DNA of 64,000 nucleotides from an uncultured Arcobacteraceae bacterium (GTDB lineage Bacteria; Campylobacterota; Campylobacteria; Campylobacterales; Arcobacteraceae): NCBI GenBank assembly GCA_964022095.1, contig CAXHZO010000001.1, positions 128,001 to 192,000 of the forward strand, read 5' to 3'. Shown piece by piece: positions 58,640 to 64,000 of this stretch (position 1 is its first letter; each line of letters starts with the position of its first letter). The notes under the pieces were generated by a model. It saw only the letters and a program-made list of their open reading frames with translations, ran no database searches and was not told where the DNA came from. The position numbers and the translations under genes were made by a program.

Positions 58640-59662
58640 ATGAAAAAATTAATATTATCATCAGTAGTATGTGCATCAATGATGTTCGCTGCAAGTGACT
58701 ATAAATACGAAATTACACCAATGGTTGGTGGAACTTATACAGAAGGTAACTTAGGTTTAGAAAGAGATTACGTTAATGCTGGTTTATCTTTAGGGTTCAA
58801 TATAGATAACTCAATTTTTGATCAAATTGAATTAGGTTTCTTAAGATCAGTTGAAGACGTAGAGTTTGCAGATGTAGCAAATAGAGACACTGGTGTAACT
58901 AGAACATTTGCTAATGTTATTAAAGATTATCCATTAACTTCAAACTTATCAGCTTATGCATTATTAGGTGCAGGTGTTGAATTTTTTGATGATGAATACT
59001 TAAATAATAAAGATGGTATTTTTGCTAACTATGGTGCTGGTTTAAAATATAAATTAGCAGAGCAATTATCTCTAAAATTCGATGTTAGACATGCTGTTTC
59101 TTTCGAAGGTTCAGATAACAACTTATTATACAACTTAGGATTTGCAATTCCATTTGGTGAAGTGGCTAAGCCTGCTCCAGCTCCAGTTGTAGTTAAACCA
59201 GCTCCAGTTGTTCAACCAACTCCTGTTGTGGCTCCAATAGATAGTGATGCTGATGGTGTTGCTGATGTTAAAGACAAATGTCCTAATACTATTAAAGGTG
59301 CAGAAGTTGATATGAATGGATGTATGACATTAGTTAACTTAAACATTAACTTTGATACTGATTCTTCAGTAATTAAACCATCATATGACTCTAAATTAGA
59401 AGCATTTGCTAAAATGATGAAGACTAATACTAAATTAAAAGCTACAATTGAAGCACATACTGACTCTGTTGGTTCAAAAGCTTATAACCAAAAATTATCT
59501 GAAAAAAGAGCGGCATCTACAATTGAAGCTTTAAAAGCTTTAGATGTTGATACTTCAAGATTAAACTCTGTTGGTTATGGTGAAACTAAACCAGTTGCAT
59601 CTAACATGACTAAAGAAGGTAGAGCTCAAAACAGAAGAGTTCACGCAGTAGTAAATAAATAA
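58640..59662 (+). CDS. OmpA/OprF/CadF-like outer-membrane protein
   Basis: Signal peptide, beta-barrel, Pro-rich linker, DSDADGVADVKDKCP repeat, OmpA C-domain (HTDSVG..NQKLSEKRA..NRRV). Confidence 0.93.
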   Translation: MKKLILSSVVCASMMFAASDYKYEITPMVGGTYTEGNLGLERDYVNAGLSLGFNIDNSIFDQIELGFLRSVEDVEFADVANRDTGVTRTFANVIKDYPLTSNLSAYALLGAGVEFFDDEYLNNKDGIFANYGAGLKYKLAEQLSLKFDVRHAVSFEGSDNNLLYNLGFAIPFGEVAKPAPAPVVVKPAPVVQPTPVVAPIDSDADGVADVKDKCPNTIKGAEVDMNGCMTLVNLNINFDTDSSVIKPSYDSKLEAFAKMMKTNTKLKATIEAHTDSVGSKAYNQKLSEKRAASTIEALKALDVDTSRLNSVGYGETKPVASNMTKEGRAQNRRVHAVVNK

Positions 59663-59669
59663 TTTAAAC

Positions 59670-59703
59670 AAAAAAAAGATAGGCAATTTTGCCTATCTTT
59701 TTA
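59670..59703 (+). terminator. Intrinsic terminator after first ompA
   Basis: aaaaagataggcaa-tt-ttgcctatcttttt. Confidence 0.88.
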
Positions 59704-59814
59704 CTTCAAAAATAAATATTTCTAAAACTTATATACTTTTTATCCCATTTAATTTGTAATTAAACCCTTTTTTCGTTATAATCTAAAAAATTATTAAACA
59801 TAAGGATTATAGTA

Positions 59815-60933
59815 ATGAAAAAAATTCTTCTTACTTCTGCATTTTGTGCTTCTTTAGTATTTGCAGCTAGTTCTCCAAGTAGTGACTACGCGTATGAATT
59901 AACACCATTTGCATCAGGAATTTTAAGTGATAGTAATATCAACTTAAATGCAGACAACTACGTTAACGCTGGTATTTCTTTAGCTAAAAATTTAGATTAT
60001 AAATATATTGATCAAGTTGAATTAGCTTTTATGAGAAGTGATAGTTTAGACTACAAAGGTGGAGGAACTGGTAATACTAATGTAAATAGATTCTTCTTAA
60101 ATGCTGTAAAAAAATACCCATTAACTGAGAAATTATCAGCTTATGGTTTAGCTGGACTTGGATATCAAGATGTATCTCAAGAAATCAGTGGTCATGATGA
60201 TGGTGCAATTTTAAACTATGGTTTAGGTTTAAGATATGATTTACCTTATTATGGAATTGCATTAAAAGGTGATGTTAGACACTTATATGCAGTAGAAGAG
60301 ACACAAAATGATTTCATGTATACTTTAGGTCTTGGAATGCCATTAGGTAAAAAATACAGTGAAACTATTGCTCCTGTTGTACCAAAAATTGCTACTCCTA
60401 TTGCTCCTGTAGTTGATGGTGATGATGATAATGATGGAGTATTAAACTCTAAAGATTTATGTCCAAATACATCTCCTGGAACAATTGTTGATGAAAATGG
60501 ATGTGAATTAGATGATGATAAAGATGGTATTGTAAATAGATTAGACAAATGTCCTAATACATCAGAAGGGGTTAAAGTAAATACAGATGGTTGTGTAAAC
60601 ACAGTAAACTTAAATATTAACTTTGATACAAATTCAGCAAACATTAAAGGTGCATATAATTCAGATTTAGAAGCGTTTGCTCAAATGATGAAAGCTAATC
60701 CAAAAGTAAATGCAGTAATTGAAGCTCATACAGATTCAAAAGGTTCTGAGTCTTATAACTTAAAACTATCAGAAAAAAGAGCAACATCTGCAGTTAATGC
60801 GCTTAAAGCATTAAATATTGATGAAACAAGACTACAATCAATTGGTTATGGTGAAACTCAACCAATTGCTACAAATGATACAGCTGAAGGTAGAGCAGCA
60901 AATAGAAGAGTTACTGGTTTAATTAATCAATAA
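59815..60933 (+). CDS. OmpA/OprF/CadF-like outer-membrane protein, paralog 2
   Basis: Same architecture with two DDDxDGxxNxxDxCP repeats. Confidence 0.93.
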   Translation: MKKILLTSAFCASLVFAASSPSSDYAYELTPFASGILSDSNINLNADNYVNAGISLAKNLDYKYIDQVELAFMRSDSLDYKGGGTGNTNVNRFFLNAVKKYPLTEKLSAYGLAGLGYQDVSQEISGHDDGAILNYGLGLRYDLPYYGIALKGDVRHLYAVEETQNDFMYTLGLGMPLGKKYSETIAPVVPKIATPIAPVVDGDDDNDGVLNSKDLCPNTSPGTIVDENGCELDDDKDGIVNRLDKCPNTSEGVKVNTDGCVNTVNLNINFDTNSANIKGAYNSDLEAFAQMMKANPKVNAVIEAHTDSKGSESYNLKLSEKRATSAVNALKALNIDETRLQSIGYGETQPIATNDTAEGRAANRRVTGLINQ

Positions 60934-60941
60934 TCCTTACT

Positions 60942-60970
60942 TAAAGATTTAGGTTTTTCCTAAATCTTTA
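60942..60970 (+). terminator. Hairpin terminator after second ompA
   Basis: taaagatttagg-ttttt-cctaaatcttta. Confidence 0.75.
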
Positions 60971-61060
60971 TACTTTTTTCTTACAAAAATCTTCTTAACA
61001 TAGAACTTACAATTTTTTAGATATAATCGCGTATAAATATTAAAATACGTTAGGATTTAA

Positions 61061-62848
61061 ATGCAAAAAAATATTAGAAACTTTAGTATTATTGCACATA
61101 TTGATCATGGAAAATCAACATTAGCAGATAGAATTATTCAAGAATGTGGAGCAGTAACAGATAGAGAACTATCTTCACAAATGATGGATACAATGGATAT
61201 CGAACAAGAAAGAGGTATCACTATTAAAGCACAAAGTGTTCGATTAAAATATGTGAAAGATGGTGAAACATATGTATTAAATCTAATTGACACTCCAGGT
61301 CACGTTGACTTTTCTTACGAAGTTAGTAGATCTTTAGCATCATCAGAAGGTGCACTTTTAATTGTAGATTCAACTCAAGGTGTTGAAGCACAAACAATTG
61401 CAAATGTTTACATAGCACTTGATAATGACTTAGAATTATTACCAGTTGTAAATAAAATTGATTTACCTAGTGCTGATCCTATGAGAGTTTTAGAAGAGAC
61501 TGAAGAGGCAATTGGATTAGACTGTACTGAACACAACTTAATCTCTGCAAAAACCGGTCTTGGAGTTAAAGATTTAATTGATTCTATTGTAGATAGAGTT
61601 CCTGCACCACAAGGGGATGAAGATGCTCCTACAAAAGCACTTATTTATGATTCATGGTTTGATAACTATTTAGGAGCTCTTGCTCTTGTTAGAGTTTATG
61701 AAGGAAGCATCAAAAAAGGCCAAATGCTTAAGATGATGAACACAAAAGTTGAGCATCCAGTTCTTAATTTAATGTATCCTCATCCTATTAAGAGAGAACA
61801 AACTCCTGAAATACAAACAGGTGAAATTGGTATTGTTGTTTTAGGTCTTAAGACACTTGATGGAATTGCAGTTGGTGATACAATGACTGATGCAAAAAAT
61901 CCAACTAAGATAGCAATTGATGGTTTTGAACCAGCTAAGCCATTTGTATTTGCAGGACTTTATCCAATTGAAACTGATAAATTTGAAGACTTAAGAGAAG
62001 CATTAACAAAACTTCAATTAAATGATTCATCTATTTCATTTGAGCCTGAAAGTTCAGCTGCACTTGGAAGTGGATTTAGAGCAGGTTTTTTAGGAATGCT
62101 ACATATGGAAGTTATTAAAGAAAGATTAGAAAGAGAATTCAATCTTGATTTAATTGCTACTGCACCAACTGTTGTTTATGAAGTATTAAAGAAAGATGGT
62201 GAGAAAATCACTATTCAAAACCCATCAGAATTACCTGAACCAAACCATATTGAAACTATTTTTGAACCATATGTAAAAGCTACAATTTTAGTTCCCGATG
62301 AGTTTTTAGGAAACTGTATTAAACTTCTAAATGACAAAAGAGGAATCCAAAATAAAATGGATTATTTAGGTAAAAGAGTTTTACTTGATTATGATATTCC
62401 AATGAATGAAATTGTAATGGACTTTTATGATAAATTAAAATCTACTACAAAAGGTTATGCATCATTTGATTATGAACCAATTGGTTTTAGAGAAGGTGTT
62501 TTACAAAAACTAGATATTAAAGTTGCAGGAGAAGTTGTTGATGCATTATCAATTATTGTTCCAGAAAATAAAGCTTTATCAAAAGGTAGAGAGTTTATTA
62601 AAGCCTTAAAAGAGTTAATTCCAAGACAACTTTTTGAAGTTGCAGTACAAGCTAGTATTGGGTCAAATATTATTGCTAGAGAAACTGTAAAATCAACTGG
62701 TAAAAACGTAACTGCAAAATGTTATGGTGGTGATATTACAAGAAAAAGAAAACTTTTAGAGAAACAAAAAGCTGGTAAAAAAAGAATGAAAGCTATTGGT
62801 AAAGTGAATGTACCGCAAGAAGCTTTTATGGCTGTATTGAAGATATAA
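61061..62848 (+). CDS. lepA: Elongation factor 4
   Basis: [45 protein letters not shown]. Confidence 0.99.
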   Translation: MQKNIRNFSIIAHIDHGKSTLADRIIQECGAVTDRELSSQMMDTMDIEQERGITIKAQSVRLKYVKDGETYVLNLIDTPGHVDFSYEVSRSLASSEGALLIVDSTQGVEAQTIANVYIALDNDLELLPVVNKIDLPSADPMRVLEETEEAIGLDCTEHNLISAKTGLGVKDLIDSIVDRVPAPQGDEDAPTKALIYDSWFDNYLGALALVRVYEGSIKKGQMLKMMNTKVEHPVLNLMYPHPIKREQTPEIQTGEIGIVVLGLKTLDGIAVGDTMTDAKNPTKIAIDGFEPAKPFVFAGLYPIETDKFEDLREALTKLQLNDSSISFEPESSAALGSGFRAGFLGMLHMEVIKERLEREFNLDLIATAPTVVYEVLKKDGEKITIQNPSELPEPNHIETIFEPYVKATILVPDEFLGNCIKLLNDKRGIQNKMDYLGKRVLLDYDIPMNEIVMDFYDKLKSTTKGYASFDYEPIGFREGVLQKLDIKVAGEVVDALSIIVPENKALSKGREFIKALKELIPRQLFEVAVQASIGSNIIARETVKSTGKNVTAKCYGGDITRKRKLLEKQKAGKKRMKAIGKVNVPQEAFMAVLKI

Positions 62849-62862
62849 TATCTTCAATGCAA

Positions 62863-63294
62863 CTATTTATTTTCATATTTTTCTTTATATTTTTTAAGAA
62901 CTTTCAAACCTATTTCTTCTCCCCATTTTTCGCCAATAATTCTAGATTCATTGAATACTTTTCCTTGATTTGATACAAACTTCTTCCCCGAATCACTTTC
63001 ATAAAATTCTATTGCTCTTAAAATATCTTCATTAGAAAAATATTTTTTATATACTGGAATAATTTTTGTTACAATTTCATCTGAATCTACTTCTTTTAAA
63101 ACATCGTCCCAAAATTCATTAGGTACACTGGGGTCCATCTTTTTAAAATATGAACTCAATTGTTTCATAAAAAGCATTGACATATCTTTTGCACCTGTAA
63201 TTTCCATAAGTCTTTTTACATTTGCATCTTCTGCAGGCTCTGCAAAAGAAATTGTAGAAAGAACTGATAATATTATTATTGATTTTTTAAACAT
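62863..63294 (-). CDS. DUF2059 family exported protein
   Basis: Signal peptide; VYKKYFS..FYESDSGKK. Confidence 0.85.
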   Translation of the reverse strand: MFKKSIIILSVLSTISFAEPAEDANVKRLMEITGAKDMSMLFMKQLSSYFKKMDPSVPNEFWDDVLKEVDSDEIVTKIIPVYKKYFSNEDILRAIEFYESDSGKKFVSNQGKVFNESRIIGEKWGEEIGLKVLKKYKEKYENK

Positions 63295-63331
63295 TTATTT
63301 TCCTTTTTAAGTTATTATTATATAATTTAAA

Positions 63332-63904
63332 ATGTTATGTTTAGCTTGTAAGAATATATCTTTTAAAATCATTTGTGAGAATTGTCAAAAAAAATTATTG
63401 TCACCTTCATTCCATAAAAGAGAAATACTTCCAGGATTTTATAACTATTCATTTTATTCATTATCAGAACTTGAAGATTTAATTAGTTCTAAATACTATT
63501 TTCATGGGGATAGAGTTTTTAATGTTTTAGCAAAACTCTCTTTTAAAAAATTCGCACAAAACTTTGAATTTGAAGAAAATATTATAGCAATTCCAATTGA
63601 CGATCATACAAGACATGAGTTTTCACACACTGCTATCTTAGCCAAACATCTAAAATCAAAATATATTAAACCAAAATATAACTGTTTAAAAGCCACAAAT
63701 ATAGTTAAATATGCAGGAAAAGATGCTCTATTTAGACAAAATAATCCAAGAAAATTTAAACTTACAAATATATATAATCAAACAACAATTTTATGTGATG
63801 ATATTATCACCACAGGTGCTACAATTAAAGAAGCGAAGATAGCTTTAGAAAAACAAAATAATAAAGTGCTATTTTCTTTAACCCTAGCTGATGCAAAACT
63901 TTAG
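63332..63904 (+). CDS. comF: ComF-family phosphoribosyltransferase-like protein
   Basis: CLAC..CENC zinc ribbon; LCDDIITTGAT PRPP loop. Confidence 0.88.
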   Translation: MLCLACKNISFKIICENCQKKLLSPSFHKREILPGFYNYSFYSLSELEDLISSKYYFHGDRVFNVLAKLSFKKFAQNFEFEENIIAIPIDDHTRHEFSHTAILAKHLKSKYIKPKYNCLKATNIVKYAGKDALFRQNNPRKFKLTNIYNQTTILCDDIITTGATIKEAKIALEKQNNKVLFSLTLADAKL

Positions 63905-63933
63905 TATAATATTTTTTTAATAAAGGGATTAAA

Positions 63934-64000
63934 GTGATAGGAATTATTGATTATAATATGGGAAACTTAGCAAGTGTTTATAATGCATGTCATTTATTAG
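63934..64000 (+). CDS. hisH: Imidazole glycerol phosphate synthase subunit HisH (5' fragment)
   Basis: GTG start, MIGIIDYNMGNLASVYNA. Confidence 0.88.
   Translation, partial: MIGIIDYNMGNLASVYNACHLL

Noticed and set aside
7147-60644. Other short opposite-strand ORFs in the track (e.g. 7147, 10133, 13254, 14818, 17354, 20980, 21882, 23072, 23345, 26870, 29789, 32608, 33510, 35350, 40890, 52306, 55509, 60249)
   Set aside because: They overlap well-supported genes in antisense and lack recognisable motifs.

Overview
AT-rich chromosomal window from a Campylobacterota bacterium, most likely Arcobacteraceae (inferred from gene order such as rpsB-tsf-ABC-acidic protein-gmk, nifU-hyp-murE and aroQ-mqnF-sppA, and the HQWRQPL kinase). 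Most of it is housekeeping: msrPQ, tpx, znuBC, hemH, ccoIS, gmk, tsf, rpsB, murE, ileS, mqo, folK, prs, lepA and a duplicated Lys-Glu-Val-Asp tRNA operon. No CRISPR array, prophage or IS was seen. Main points of interest: (1) a stand-alone 683-aa protein joining a C39/papain-like Cys-His-Asp domain, WSKGW repeats and a eukaryote-type PLAT domain; (2) a ~16.5-kb acetate/monocarboxylate island with a Cache kinase and OmpR-type regulator, three solute:sodium symporters, two DUF294 nucleotidyltransferase + DEDDh nuclease pairs and pta-ackA, tied together by a recurring TGCTAY-N5-TGCTAY box; (3) an unannotated ~128-nt candidate sRNA with anti-Shine-Dalgarno segments; (4) tandem D-type and C-type mnmA genes; (5) a 37-aa membrane protein missed by the ORF track. 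All calls come from reading the sequence and recognising motifs; no database searches were run.
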